Part shown: in pieces, positions 8,526 to 18,708 of the stretch
Layout of the letters: every line of letters starts with the position of its first letter
How positions within the stretch are numbered: position 1 is the first letter of the stretch
From: a bacterium
Lineage (GTDB): Bacteria > SM23-31
DNA: 64,000 bases
NCBI GenBank assembly: GCA_028278455.1
Contig: JANQEH010000308.1
Coordinates: 13,491 to 77,490, forward strand
Direction of reading: 5' to 3'
Made by a program: the position numbers and the translations under genes
Notes under the pieces: model-generated
The model's input: only the letters and a program-made list of their open reading frames with translations
Told to the model about the DNA's origin: nothing
Databases searched by the model: none

Positions 8526-10869
8526 TTAATTTTTCCTGGATGGAGGTTGATTTTCCGTCTTTCAGAGGTTTGTCGCTATCCGGATATTCGAGCCTGACAT
8601 GGAACATACCTGTCAGGATTTTTATAAAGCTGTCGGCGATTGCCCTAAGATCCTTGAAAGTTAGCTCGCAGGAATCGAGCTGCCCTTCCCGGAATCTCTG
8701 TTCTATAACAGAGTTGACCCTCTCTTTGATTCTCGATGGTGATGGCTCCTTCAAGGCTCTTGTAGCGGCCTCCACACTGTCCGCAAGCATAACGATCCCA
8801 GTCTCTTTCGTAAGAGGTTTCGGCCCCGGATAGCTGTAGTCTGCGGGATTGATATATTTATCTCCTGACTTCTCTCTGGCTTTTTCATAGAAAAAAGATA
8901 TCTTTCCTGTACCGTGATGCTGCATAATAAAATCCTTAATGACTTCCGGGAGCTTATATTTATCTGCAATCTCGATCCCTTCCCTTACGTGAGAAGAAAT
9001 GATAAGACTGCTCATACTCGGTGCAAGCGCTTCATGTTTTTTCATGGAATCAGGCTGGTTTTCGATAAAATATTCGGGTTTGACCATTTTACCGATATCA
9101 TGATAATAACAGCCGACCCTTGCAAGCAGAGAATTTGCTCCGATTGCTTCCGCAGCGCTCTCCGACAGGTTGCCGATAACTATACTGTGGTGGTAAGTAC
9201 CGGGAGCTTTAATGGCAAGATCTCGTAGCAGCGGCCGGTTCTGATCAGACAGTTCGAGAAGCGTCATATCTGTGGCTACGCCGAAGATTATCTCGAACAC
9301 AGCTATGAAGCCGAGAGTTATCAGAGGAGAAAAAACAGCATTCGGGAGTCCGAATTTCAGTACTGTCCATGAGATATCGGAAACCTGGACAAGGCGCATC
9401 ATACCTATAATGTATAATACAGCAGTATATGTAATCGCGACATATAATGCCGTCTTGAAGAATTGGCTTCTGTTTCTGATTCTCCTTACAGTGAGTATGG
9501 CTGCGGCACCACCAGACAGTGTAAAAAGTACTATACCTATATCATTGCCCAGATATCCTCCGAGCAGAAGTGCGATAACCAGGGTACCGTAAAAGCCGAC
9601 TTCCCCATCAAAGATCACCGCAAGCAGCATCGATCCGATCACAGTGGGGATCAGATATTCCGAAAGCTGGAATTGCTGAAGAATTAGATAGATGAAAATG
9701 ATCTGGACCAGAAAAATAAGGAAAAGCATTGTAACCTGCTTATTGTTTTTAACGATTGCAGGTTTAAACAAGTACAGATAGATCGAGAAGATCAGGAATA
9801 TGATCGCCAGAAAACCCGATTGTCCGGTATAATATGTCAACTGGGCGAACGGTCCTCCCACGAGTCCTTTTTCCGAAAGGAACAACCTGAGTGATTCGAT
9901 CTTCCGTGAGTGATCCTCAGTAACACGTTCATGTCTGTCTATAATCCTTTCATTCTCGTATACGAATCCGCGTGTAAGGGGGACATTAGCTATTGCCTCA
10001 TTTCTCAACCTTTCTGTTTCTCCCGGATCATACTTGATATTGGGAATCAGGAAATTCTGAATGATCTCGAGCCCTACATTAATGGAAGCGCTCTGCAGGG
10101 GATATAGAGCCTGAAGCCTGCTGGTGATTTCACTGATCGATTCTGCCTGGTCAGTAAATGCATTGATACTTCTTATGGTATCTCTATTCTCTTCAATGAG
10201 AATAATGCTGATACTGTTGAATTCTGCCCTGTTCTTCTGAACATTTACCATTCCCACCGATATAATATCTCTGAGTATCTGAACGCAATTTCTCTGGAAT
10301 ATCTGGAGCGAATCCGAAGGGATATTCCTAATGAATGACCAGTTCTGATTTTCAATATCAATATTATATTTCTGCCTGAAATCATTTCTGATGGCATCAA
10401 GCTGATTATCAAGCCTTACCAATCTCAGGGAATCGGTTTCCGAAAGGCTCCTTGAACGGTTTGCCAATCCACTCCAGTCATTGTTCAGAGAAAGGTATAT
10501 CGCTAGCTCATCAAAGAAAAGCTGCAGGCTTGCCTCAGCCTGTTCTTCTGCATCTGTATCCCTGAAGAATCTTGGAAGGACGCTCCTCTGGGCTTCATCC
10601 TTTTCACTGTTAATCTCTTCGTCGGTTTTAACAATAGGAAATGTTTCTGGAGCGATGATTTCCTCGAGAGCTACGGTACCGACCTGGTACTCTGAGTACC
10701 TCGAGGATTTATCCCTTGGAAAGAAATAAGTACCGGTGAAGATTATCAATACCAGCAGAAGAATACTGTAAGAATTCTTTAATGTTCTCCTGAGCTTTTC
10801 GTTGTGCTTCCAGAAGCTCTCTCTGGGCTTTACAATTTTGAATATTTTCTGCAGTGAAAATTTTCCCAT
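8509..10869 (-). CDS. 7TM-HD phosphohydrolase (PgpH-like cyclic-di-AMP phosphodiesterase)
   Basis: N-terminal TM, large extracytoplasmic domain, multi-TM block, and HD domain APGTYHHS...YYHDIGK...HHG...MLADSVEAA. Confidence 0.9.
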   Translation of the reverse strand: MGKFSLQKIFKIVKPRESFWKHNEKLRRTLKNSYSILLLVLIIFTGTYFFPRDKSSRYSEYQVGTVALEEIIAPETFPIVKTDEEINSEKDEAQRSVLPRFFRDTDAEEQAEASLQLFFDELAIYLSLNNDWSGLANRSRSLSETDSLRLVRLDNQLDAIRNDFRQKYNIDIENQNWSFIRNIPSDSLQIFQRNCVQILRDIISVGMVNVQKNRAEFNSISIILIEENRDTIRSINAFTDQAESISEITSRLQALYPLQSASINVGLEIIQNFLIPNIKYDPGETERLRNEAIANVPLTRGFVYENERIIDRHERVTEDHSRKIESLRLFLSEKGLVGGPFAQLTYYTGQSGFLAIIFLIFSIYLYLFKPAIVKNNKQVTMLFLIFLVQIIFIYLILQQFQLSEYLIPTVIGSMLLAVIFDGEVGFYGTLVIALLLGGYLGNDIGIVLFTLSGGAAAILTVRRIRNRSQFFKTALYVAITYTAVLYIIGMMRLVQVSDISWTVLKFGLPNAVFSPLITLGFIAVFEIIFGVATDMTLLELSDQNRPLLRDLAIKAPGTYHHSIVIGNLSESAAEAIGANSLLARVGCYYHDIGKMVKPEYFIENQPDSMKKHEALAPSMSSLIISSHVREGIEIADKYKLPEVIKDFIMQHHGTGKISFFYEKAREKSGDKYINPADYSYPGPKPLTKETGIVMLADSVEAATRALKEPSPSRIKERVNSVIEQRFREGQLDSCELTFKDLRAIADSFIKILTGMFHVRLEYPDSDKPLKDGKSTSIQEKLIDKPD

Positions 10870-10878
10870 ACAGGATCT

Positions 10879-12018
10879 TTATTCTTTAAAAAGCATTTTA
10901 GCTATCAAAAGCCTCTGTATTTCAGAAGTACCTTCACCGATCTCACAGGCTTTTGCGTCTCTGAAAAGTCTTTCAACAGGGTATTCCTTAGTATATCCAT
11001 ACCCGCCGTGAACCTGGATCGAATCCCGTGCAATACTTGTTGCGATCTCTGAAGCGTAGAGTTTTGCCATCGAGGCTTCCTTTATAAAATCCTTCCCGGC
11101 ATCTTTAAGCTGAGATGCTTCATAGATCATCAATTTTGCGGCGTGTATCTGCGTGGCCATATCTGCGAGCATCATACTTATAGCCTGAAATTTTCCAATG
11201 GGTCTTCCAAACTGCTGACGGTCTTTAGCATAACTAAGTGCCGCCTCGTATGCTCCCTCGGCTATTCCGAGTGAAAGAGCGCCTACACTTATCCTGCCGC
11301 CGTCAAGTATCTCCATTGCATAATAAAATCCTTTACCTTCTTCTCCAAGAAGATTTTCATCGGGAATAAATACATCATCAAAATTTACCTGTCTCGTATC
11401 TGAAGCTCTCCAGCCCATTTTCTTTTCTTTCGGGGCTACGGAGATACCGGGAGTATTACTCTCGAGGATAAATGCAGATATTTCGTTTTTTTCTTCTGAT
11501 TTCTTTGTGATTGCAAAAACAATGTAGACGTCGGCAAAACCGGCATTTGTAATGAAGGCTTTTCCGCCGTTTAGATTGTACCCTCCGTCTACTTTCTCTG
11601 CATATGTTTTCAGCGATTTCACGTCTGATCCCGTTTCCGGTTCAGTAAGGCAGAAGGATGCCAATGATTGGCCTGAAGCGAGTTTCGGTAGATACTTTCT
11701 CTTCTGGTCTTCATTTCCAAACATGTAAATAGGATAAGTACCAAGTGAGATGTGAGCTGCAACAGTTATCCCATGAGAGGCACAGACTTTACTGAGCTCT
11801 TCAACAACTATGGAATATGATACTGTGTCCATTCCTGCTCCGCTATATTCTTCCGGGAAAGGAACACCCAGAAAACCAAGTTCTCCCAGTTTCTTGATTG
11901 TTTCTTCAGGGAAAGTCATGTCCTCGTCGATCTTTCCTGCAATCGGTCTGATCTCATTTTCTGCAAAATCTCGGATAACATCCTGGATCATTTTTTGATC
12001 TTCAGTAAGTGTCAGCAT
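10879..12018 (-). CDS. Acyl-CoA dehydrogenase
   Basis: FCLTEPETGSD, LNGGKAFITN, RQQFGRPI, QVHGGYGY and EIGEGTSEIQR motifs. Confidence 0.95.
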   Translation of the reverse strand: MLTLTEDQKMIQDVIRDFAENEIRPIAGKIDEDMTFPEETIKKLGELGFLGVPFPEEYSGAGMDTVSYSIVVEELSKVCASHGITVAAHISLGTYPIYMFGNEDQKRKYLPKLASGQSLASFCLTEPETGSDVKSLKTYAEKVDGGYNLNGGKAFITNAGFADVYIVFAITKKSEEKNEISAFILESNTPGISVAPKEKKMGWRASDTRQVNFDDVFIPDENLLGEEGKGFYYAMEILDGGRISVGALSLGIAEGAYEAALSYAKDRQQFGRPIGKFQAISMMLADMATQIHAAKLMIYEASQLKDAGKDFIKEASMAKLYASEIATSIARDSIQVHGGYGYTKEYPVERLFRDAKACEIGEGTSEIQRLLIAKMLFKE

Positions 12019-12109
12019 TAGAGACTCCTAAAAATATTTACAATTCTATAATCTAATAAATGTATATAAAATTTGTCAGGTATTCAGATCTCATTCATCT
12101 GCACAGAAA

Positions 12110-13540
12110 TCAATATGCTTTTGCGAATATAACTCTTTCCTTTGATGCGTTTCCGCAATAAAGGCACATGCCTTCTTCCCTCTCCTGGTTCATAGGTATC
12201 AACCTTATTGTTGCCATGGTTTCATTCTTCACCTTTTCCTCACATTCACCGGAACCGCACCAGTGAGCCGAATAAAAACCGCCCTCGTTTTCAATCCTGT
12301 CTTTGAAATCGGCGTAATCATCAATTGTAAATGTATTATCTTTCCGGAAATTCAACGCCCTGTCAAAAAGATTGTTATGAATTTCATCCAGGAGTTTTCC
12401 TGCTGTTGAAGGTACATCTTCCCATTTAACCTTGATCTTTTCTCTCGAATCCCTTCTTACCATTACAACGCTTTCATTTTCGACATCCTTGGGGCCTATC
12501 TCGATACGGATAGGAACACCGAGCATTTCCCATTCATTGAACTTCCAGCCAGGGCTGTACTGGTCCCTGTCATCGAATTTTACGGAAAAATCCTTTTTCA
12601 GCTCTTCAGTGATCTTTGATGCCGGAGTCAACACCTTGTCTTTTGCTTCATCGTCTCTCCATATTGGTACCATCACAATCTGGTTAGGGGCGAGTTTGGG
12701 AGGCATTATAAGCCCCTGGTCATCTCCATGCACCATGATAATTGCACCGATAAGCCGGGTACTGACACCCCAGCTAGTCTGCCAGACGTATTCCTGATTA
12801 CCATCTTTAGTCTGGTACTTGGTGTTGAATGCTTTTGCGAAATTCTGGCCGAGGTTATGAGATGTTCCAGACTGCAGGGATTTTTTGTCGCCCATCATTG
12901 CCTCGATACAGTAGGTATGTAGAGCTCCTGCAAATTTTTCAGCTTCCGATTTTATACCTCTAAGCACAGGGATCGCCATGTATTTCTCTGCGAAATCCGC
13001 ATATACACCGAGCATTCTGATAGTCTCATCTTCAGCTTCTTCGTAGGTAGCATGAGCCGTGTGACCCTCCTGCCAGAGAAATTCAGTTGTCCTTAAAAAT
13101 AGTCTTGTCCGCATTTCCCACCGTACAACATTGCACCACTGATTGATCAGTACCGGAAGGTCTCTGTATGAATTGATCCATTTAGAATACATCGAATTAA
13201 TAATTGTTTCAGAAGTAGGCCTGACCATCAGGCTTTCCTCGAGATCCTTTCCTCCTGCGTGTGTTACTACTGCGCATTCGGGTGAGAAACCTTCTACATG
13301 CTCGGCTTCCTTCTGCATAAAACTTTCCGGGATGAATACCGGGAAATAGGCGTTCACATGTCCCGTATCCTTGAACATCCTGTCCATCTGTGCCTGCATT
13401 TTTTCCCAAAGGGCAAAACCGTTCGGTCTTATCACCATGCAGCCCTTTACAGGTGAATAATCAGCAAGTTTGCTTTGAACAATCACATCAGTATACCATC
13501 GCGAATAATCGTCGGCTCTTTTAGTAATCTTATCTTTCAT
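12110..13540 (-). CDS. proS: Proline--tRNA ligase (archaeal/eukaryotic type)
   Basis: [48 protein letters not shown] and C-terminal FAKAY. Confidence 0.97.
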   Translation of the reverse strand: MKDKITKRADDYSRWYTDVIVQSKLADYSPVKGCMVIRPNGFALWEKMQAQMDRMFKDTGHVNAYFPVFIPESFMQKEAEHVEGFSPECAVVTHAGGKDLEESLMVRPTSETIINSMYSKWINSYRDLPVLINQWCNVVRWEMRTRLFLRTTEFLWQEGHTAHATYEEAEDETIRMLGVYADFAEKYMAIPVLRGIKSEAEKFAGALHTYCIEAMMGDKKSLQSGTSHNLGQNFAKAFNTKYQTKDGNQEYVWQTSWGVSTRLIGAIIMVHGDDQGLIMPPKLAPNQIVMVPIWRDDEAKDKVLTPASKITEELKKDFSVKFDDRDQYSPGWKFNEWEMLGVPIRIEIGPKDVENESVVMVRRDSREKIKVKWEDVPSTAGKLLDEIHNNLFDRALNFRKDNTFTIDDYADFKDRIENEGGFYSAHWCGSGECEEKVKNETMATIRLIPMNQEREEGMCLYCGNASKERVIFAKAY

Positions 13541-13571
13541 ATCAGCATCAATTCCCGGTTTATATTGTGTA

Positions 13572-14198
13572 TTAGAATATGTTCTTAATAAAATTGAAAC
13601 GGAAGTCTATTCCACTGTAACTCTTTCGCGGTCCGAAATTCTCAAAGAACTCCATTACATGTCCCCCGAATGTTATCCCGAAAGACCTGTCTTTGGTATC
13701 TCCGAACTCAAGTCCGATTCCGAAAAACCCCCTTACTGTAGGGCGGATCGTCATTTTAGTCAGGTTTTCCGTAAAACCTCCACCCCTCGGGAATTCCAGG
13801 CCGAGTACCGGCCCGACCTCAGCGATAATAAACGGTCTCAGGGATTCATCGATTTGTTCACGCCACAGCCTCATCTTTATCCCTGCAATTATGGGTACAG
13901 AAAGCAGAAAATAATCAGGCCTTTGCCTGATATATCCCCAGTATGGATCATAATAAGAATACTGCTCGTCTTCATGCATTTTTGCTACCTGTATCCCAAA
14001 ACTTAGTTTTGTGTCCTCGTTACGATATTGAAAATGTCGCTTATATCCTCCTCCGAATCCCCTGGTAGAGAGATTCAGAAATATATCGGACTGTTTTGAG
14101 CCCTTGACAATCTGCTCATTGTTCTCTTCTTGCGCATTAGCTGAAGTAAAGAACAGTAAACACAGCAGAACTGTTAATATAATATTTTTATATTTCAC
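13572..14198 (-). CDS. Hypothetical secreted protein, probable small outer-membrane beta-barrel
   Basis: Likely GTG start at 14198 after an AAGGAG SD; signal peptide ending ANA-Q; alternating amphipathic strands ([25 protein letters not shown]). Confidence 0.6.
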   Translation of the reverse strand: MKYKNIILTVLLCLLFFTSANAQEENNEQIVKGSKQSDIFLNLSTRGFGGGYKRHFQYRNEDTKLSFGIQVAKMHEDEQYSYYDPYWGYIRQRPDYFLLSVPIIAGIKMRLWREQIDESLRPFIIAEVGPVLGLEFPRGGGFTENLTKMTIRPTVRGFFGIGLEFGDTKDRSFGITFGGHVMEFFENFGPRKSYSGIDFRFNFIKNIF

Positions 14199-14565
14199 GG
14201 GATTGCTCCTTTTATTATGGTTCAAAATACGATTTTTTCGGTTAATTGAAAGCGAAAAATAAAATTCAGAATAACCTCCTATATTAATCAATTATTCCTG
14301 CAAATTCAATAATTTGTTATTCTACCGGCTGAAAAACACCCCCTTTCAATTTAAAGGCTGAAATAATGATACATCTTAAACGGATAAATATTTCTGTTTT
14401 TCAAATATTAATACGTATTGAATATTAGTTTTCACTTGATTGAGTTCAGTTATATGGTTAATTTCCTTTTCCTTTATATATACATTAACAACTCTAATAT
14501 AGATCAGGTTCATTTTCAATAAAGTTTCTCGATGATAATGATGGGCACTAAATCAGGAGGTTTAT

Positions 14566-15711
14566 ATGAGATCACTATGGATCTTCTTACTGATTATTTT
14601 TCAAAATCATGGTATCTTATCACAGGAAAATGAAAGATTTATACTGAATCCTGAAACACCAAAGTATACTGAGAAAGAGTGGTTGACGTTTGAAAAAAAA
14701 TATAGTATAGATGTGCTCGATTATGAGGAATATGAGATTACACTTGTCACAACTATGACAGCGGATGAAAAAGGTAATTTATTTATAGTATCGTTAGTAG
14801 ATAATGAAATATTTGTATTTGATACTCTTGGTAATTTTCTAAAGAAATATGGTGGAAGAGGCCAGGGACCGCGAGAACTTGAAAAACCATTTACTCTGGC
14901 CGTTAAGAATAATAAAATGTATGTTCATGAGATGCATAAAGGTCTTAAAATCTGGGATTCAGACGGTGAATACCTGGATTTTATCTTTTTTCCTCCTTCC
15001 AAAAGAGAACCTTATTATTATCCTTATCCCGATTATTACCTTATCCCATACCATGAATGGGATGAAGATCCCTTGAAAACCGGTAAATATATATTACACT
15101 ACTACTTTTCAATATTTGATTTAGAACTAAAAAAAATCTCAAATATAAATGAAATCGTAATTGATGCTCATAAAGTATACGGATTTTTACCGTCTGAAAT
15201 TATTGCTATCGATTCGGGGGATAATATTTATACACCTGTATCACATGACATCTACAAGATAAATAAATACAGTAAAGATGGTAAGTTTTTGTTTTCCTTT
15301 GGTAGAGAATATAAAAGAAAAGGGTACTCAAAAAGAACAAGAGACAGGTATTATGACAGGTATACAAAAAAATTCAAAAAAAGTAAACCTATCGCGTATA
15401 TGTTGCCACTGGTAATACCGGATTTTCCTCCGGTAGTAAGGCATTTAATGGTAGATGGAAGAAATAATATCTGGGTAGTATCCGGTGAATGGTACCGAGA
15501 TAACAGATGTGAATACAAGATAAAATCTACTATTGATATATTTTCAAATGATGGAGAATTTCTTTACACGTTTGAAACGGATAAAATTACTCCTCAGAGT
15601 TTTATTAAGAATAATTTGCTTTATTGCCACCCGCGAGGATTATTTTTTGAGTCAGAAGAAGAGGATTCAAAACTGAATGTTTATAATATTACGTACAAAA
15701 GACGGCCTTGA
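14566..15711 (+). CDS. Secreted six-bladed beta-propeller (NHL-like) protein
   Basis: AGGAGG SD, signal peptide, repeats such as DEKGNLFI...FDTLGNFLKKYGGRGQGPRE, IDSGDNIY and VDGRNNIWV. Confidence 0.8.
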   Translation: MRSLWIFLLIIFQNHGILSQENERFILNPETPKYTEKEWLTFEKKYSIDVLDYEEYEITLVTTMTADEKGNLFIVSLVDNEIFVFDTLGNFLKKYGGRGQGPRELEKPFTLAVKNNKMYVHEMHKGLKIWDSDGEYLDFIFFPPSKREPYYYPYPDYYLIPYHEWDEDPLKTGKYILHYYFSIFDLELKKISNINEIVIDAHKVYGFLPSEIIAIDSGDNIYTPVSHDIYKINKYSKDGKFLFSFGREYKRKGYSKRTRDRYYDRYTKKFKKSKPIAYMLPLVIPDFPPVVRHLMVDGRNNIWVVSGEWYRDNRCEYKIKSTIDIFSNDGEFLYTFETDKITPQSFIKNNLLYCHPRGLFFESEEEDSKLNVYNITYKRRP

Positions 15712-18236
15712 TGACCAGAGAAACCAGTCTTGACAAATACATTCCGCAGGAATTCTGCGACAGCATAAAGGCTGAGATAGATTCAAATAGCGGTAATGAG
15801 GTCTTTTTCCAGGCAAAACAGGATTTATCCAGTGATATTTCAGAAGTAGTTCCCCTTGCCTGGGGAAATGAAACCTCTACTCCTGCCATACTTCAAAGGC
15901 TTGCACCGGGAGATGTTGTTCTCCATAACCACCCATCGGGTGACCTGAAACCATCCGGTCCGGATGTCCAGATTGCTTCTATCCTTGGAAATCAGGGGAT
16001 CGGATTTTATATAATAAATAATTCTGCAGACAGGGTGAATGTAGTCGTAAACAGGTTCACCCGGCCTGAAAAAGATGCACTCGATCCTGTCGAGATAGCC
16101 ACCATGCTTGATGAGGATTCGGCTGTCGCCAAAACATTAGAGGATTATGAACCGAGGGCAGGGCAGATGGAAATGGCTGCTGAGGTTGCCAGGAGCTTCA
16201 ATGAGGGTAATGTAGTGATGTATGAGGGAGGTACGGGAACTGGAAAAACCCTTGCCTATCTTCTGCCAGCCATAGTATGGTCTTTAAAAAACAAGGAACG
16301 CGTCCTCGTCTCTACAAAAACAATTAATCTGCAGGAGCAGATAATCTTCAAGGATATACCGTTCCTGAAAAAGGTAATAGATGAAGAATTTCTTTCAGTT
16401 CTTGTAAAGGGAAGGGGGAACTACTGCTGCCTGAGAAAAGCAGATTCCGAGGAACGGGATCTCGGATTGTTCAAGGAAGATGAGTCGTTCGATGAACTTG
16501 TCTCACTGATAAAATGGACAAAGAAGACAAAAGATGGATCATTGGCAGACCTGAATTATATACCGAAAGCCGATGTGTGGGACAGGCTTAAATGCGAGAG
16601 TGATACCTGTACCGGTGTCAGATGTGCATTTTATGAAGACTGCTTTCTTGTATCTGCAAGAAGGGCTGCGGCGCAGGCTAATATTCTTATAGTTAACCAC
16701 CATCTGCTTTTTTCAGATCTCTCACTTCGCGGCACACTAGGATCATTGGCAGATATTGCGGTACTTCCTCCTTATACCCGGGTAATCATCGACGAAGCGC
16801 ATCATACCGAAGATGTATCAACCGATTATTTCGGTGCGCAGGTTACGCAATCCGGACTGAAGCGCCTTCTTAGCAGGCTGGTATCGTTATCTAAAAATGG
16901 GGACAGAAAAGGAATCCTCCCAAGGACTGTGAAAAAGATCAAAGATCTTAAACAAAAAATGACAGACGAAATGAAATCCACCTGTGATATAATAGAGCGG
17001 GATCTGATCATTAAGAAAATGGAACTGGCGGAATTTGCTGAAGATATATTTGTCGATATGGGATCGTTTCTGAAACTGAGAGAAAACAGTTTGGAAGAGC
17101 AGAAGCAATTCATGATGGATGGGAGATTTTCAGGGGATGAACACTGGCAGTCGGTTATAACTATAAAAGTGAAAGGTTGGATTAAGAAAGCGGAGGAATA
17201 TACGGTAACCCTGAATTCGGTTATCCAAGACCTCGCTGAAATCGAGGAATCGCAGAAGATCGGGATAGAAAACCTGATCATCGAGCTTCAATCAATGGTC
17301 AGGAGGATCGCCGGTGCAGCGGATTCATTTAATTACCTGATGTTCGAGGATGATAAAAGCGTTGTTAAATGGCTGGAGTTCAGCGAACAGGGGAGGTCTC
17401 TGAAGATCTGTTCAGCTCCAATAGATGTCGGGGAGTACCTTGTAAGATCTCTTTATGAACCTTTCGATACGGTTGTAATGACTTCGGCAACATTGACCGT
17501 CGGCGGAGAATTCAGCTTTCTCAAATCGAGGCTTGGCGTGGATACGGTTGAAGAATACCGGGTAGAATGCAGGCATTTTCCTTCTCCCTTCGATTTCGAG
17601 AATCAGGTGCTGATCGGAATTCCCCTGAATAATTTTGCACCTGATCACCCAAAATTCAATTCAACAGCAAGAAAACTCATAACCGATTCCCTGAGAGTAT
17701 CTAATGGAAGGGCATTTGTGCTTTTTACTTCCTACAATGCAATGAACGATGCATACAATTACGCGAAGGAAGAATTGTATGATGAAGATATAAAACTGCT
17801 GAAACAGGGAATAGACACCAGAACAGCACTTCTTGATCAGTTCAAAAGGGAGAGGGCAGCTGCCCTTTTCGCAACCGATTCCTTTTGGGAAGGGGTTGAT
17901 GTTATCGGGGATGACCTCGAATCGATAATCATTGCGCGATTGCCGTTCAAGGTCCCTACAGCTCCGATAGAAGTTGCAAGGAGGCAGGCAATTGAGGCAG
18001 CAGGTGGAAATTCATTCATGGATTATACCGTACCCCAGGCGATTATCAAGTTCAAGCAGGGATTCGGAAGGCTTATAAGGCACAAGAATGACAGAGGTAC
18101 AATCCTTGTACTCGATAACAGGATTGTCAGTAAATTTTACGGGAAGGTATTCCTCGAATCTCTTCCGAAATGCGGTATGACTATCGGAAGAGATGATATT
18201 GTGTTCAAATCCTTCAGAGAATTCTATGAGGCCTGA
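15708..18236 (+). CDS. dinG: DinG/Rad3-family helicase with N-terminal JAB/MPN (RadC-like) domain
   Basis: HNHPSGDLKPSGPD JAB motif, Walker A GTGTGKT, Fe-S cysteines (NYCCLRK, CESDTC...C...C), DEAH box, TSATL, SFWEGVD and QGFGRLIR. Confidence 0.9.
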   Translation: MMTRETSLDKYIPQEFCDSIKAEIDSNSGNEVFFQAKQDLSSDISEVVPLAWGNETSTPAILQRLAPGDVVLHNHPSGDLKPSGPDVQIASILGNQGIGFYIINNSADRVNVVVNRFTRPEKDALDPVEIATMLDEDSAVAKTLEDYEPRAGQMEMAAEVARSFNEGNVVMYEGGTGTGKTLAYLLPAIVWSLKNKERVLVSTKTINLQEQIIFKDIPFLKKVIDEEFLSVLVKGRGNYCCLRKADSEERDLGLFKEDESFDELVSLIKWTKKTKDGSLADLNYIPKADVWDRLKCESDTCTGVRCAFYEDCFLVSARRAAAQANILIVNHHLLFSDLSLRGTLGSLADIAVLPPYTRVIIDEAHHTEDVSTDYFGAQVTQSGLKRLLSRLVSLSKNGDRKGILPRTVKKIKDLKQKMTDEMKSTCDIIERDLIIKKMELAEFAEDIFVDMGSFLKLRENSLEEQKQFMMDGRFSGDEHWQSVITIKVKGWIKKAEEYTVTLNSVIQDLAEIEESQKIGIENLIIELQSMVRRIAGAADSFNYLMFEDDKSVVKWLEFSEQGRSLKICSAPIDVGEYLVRSLYEPFDTVVMTSATLTVGGEFSFLKSRLGVDTVEEYRVECRHFPSPFDFENQVLIGIPLNNFAPDHPKFNSTARKLITDSLRVSNGRAFVLFTSYNAMNDAYNYAKEELYDEDIKLLKQGIDTRTALLDQFKRERAAALFATDSFWEGVDVIGDDLESIIIARLPFKVPTAPIEVARRQAIEAAGGNSFMDYTVPQAIIKFKQGFGRLIRHKNDRGTILVLDNRIVSKFYGKVFLESLPKCGMTIGRDDIVFKSFREFYEA

Positions 18237-18649
18237 TTCTGTTTTTCGACAATCTCGGCGTTCAATTTATAACCGGTTCCTTTAATTGTCTCTATAAATC
18301 CAAACCGGCCAATCCTGCCTTCGAACTCTATTCGTACTTTCTTCCTTATCCGGCTCACTGTACTGATAATTGCTTTTTCCCCGATAAAAATCCCTGAAAG
18401 CCAGAGAGTTTTTCTTATTTCCTGGATATTCATGGATCTTTTTTCCACAGCAGATGTGATCAGGATTTTTACGATTTTGCCGGATATCGGTCCGAAAGAG
18501 ATATCGTGTCCGTTAATAATGTAGGACTGATCGTTTTCAGACTGGCTAAGCATAATACAGTCAGGCTTTCCTGATCCTCCTGCCGGATCGATAACAATTT
18601 CCGGATTGAATTCCTCTGCAGTTTCAATCTGTACGTTTTTTTGATTCAA
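18224..18649 (-). CDS. OmpR/PhoB-type winged-helix DNA-binding protein without a receiver domain
   Basis: C-terminal VSRIRKKV...FIETIKGTGYKL matches Trans_reg_C. Confidence 0.65.
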   Translation of the reverse strand: MNQKNVQIETAEEFNPEIVIDPAGGSGKPDCIMLSQSENDQSYIINGHDISFGPISGKIVKILITSAVEKRSMNIQEIRKTLWLSGIFIGEKAIISTVSRIRKKVRIEFEGRIGRFGFIETIKGTGYKLNAEIVEKQNQAS

Positions 18650-18708
18650 TATGACACCCGATAAAAAATGCGCTTTCAGATATCGGTAATTTAAATATTT
18701 CTGTTAAT

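Noticed and set aside
15708..18236. Type IV CRISPR CasDinG or CBASS Cap3-type defence system
   Set aside because: No cas genes, array, CD-NTase or E1/E2 genes nearby; the context is housekeeping.
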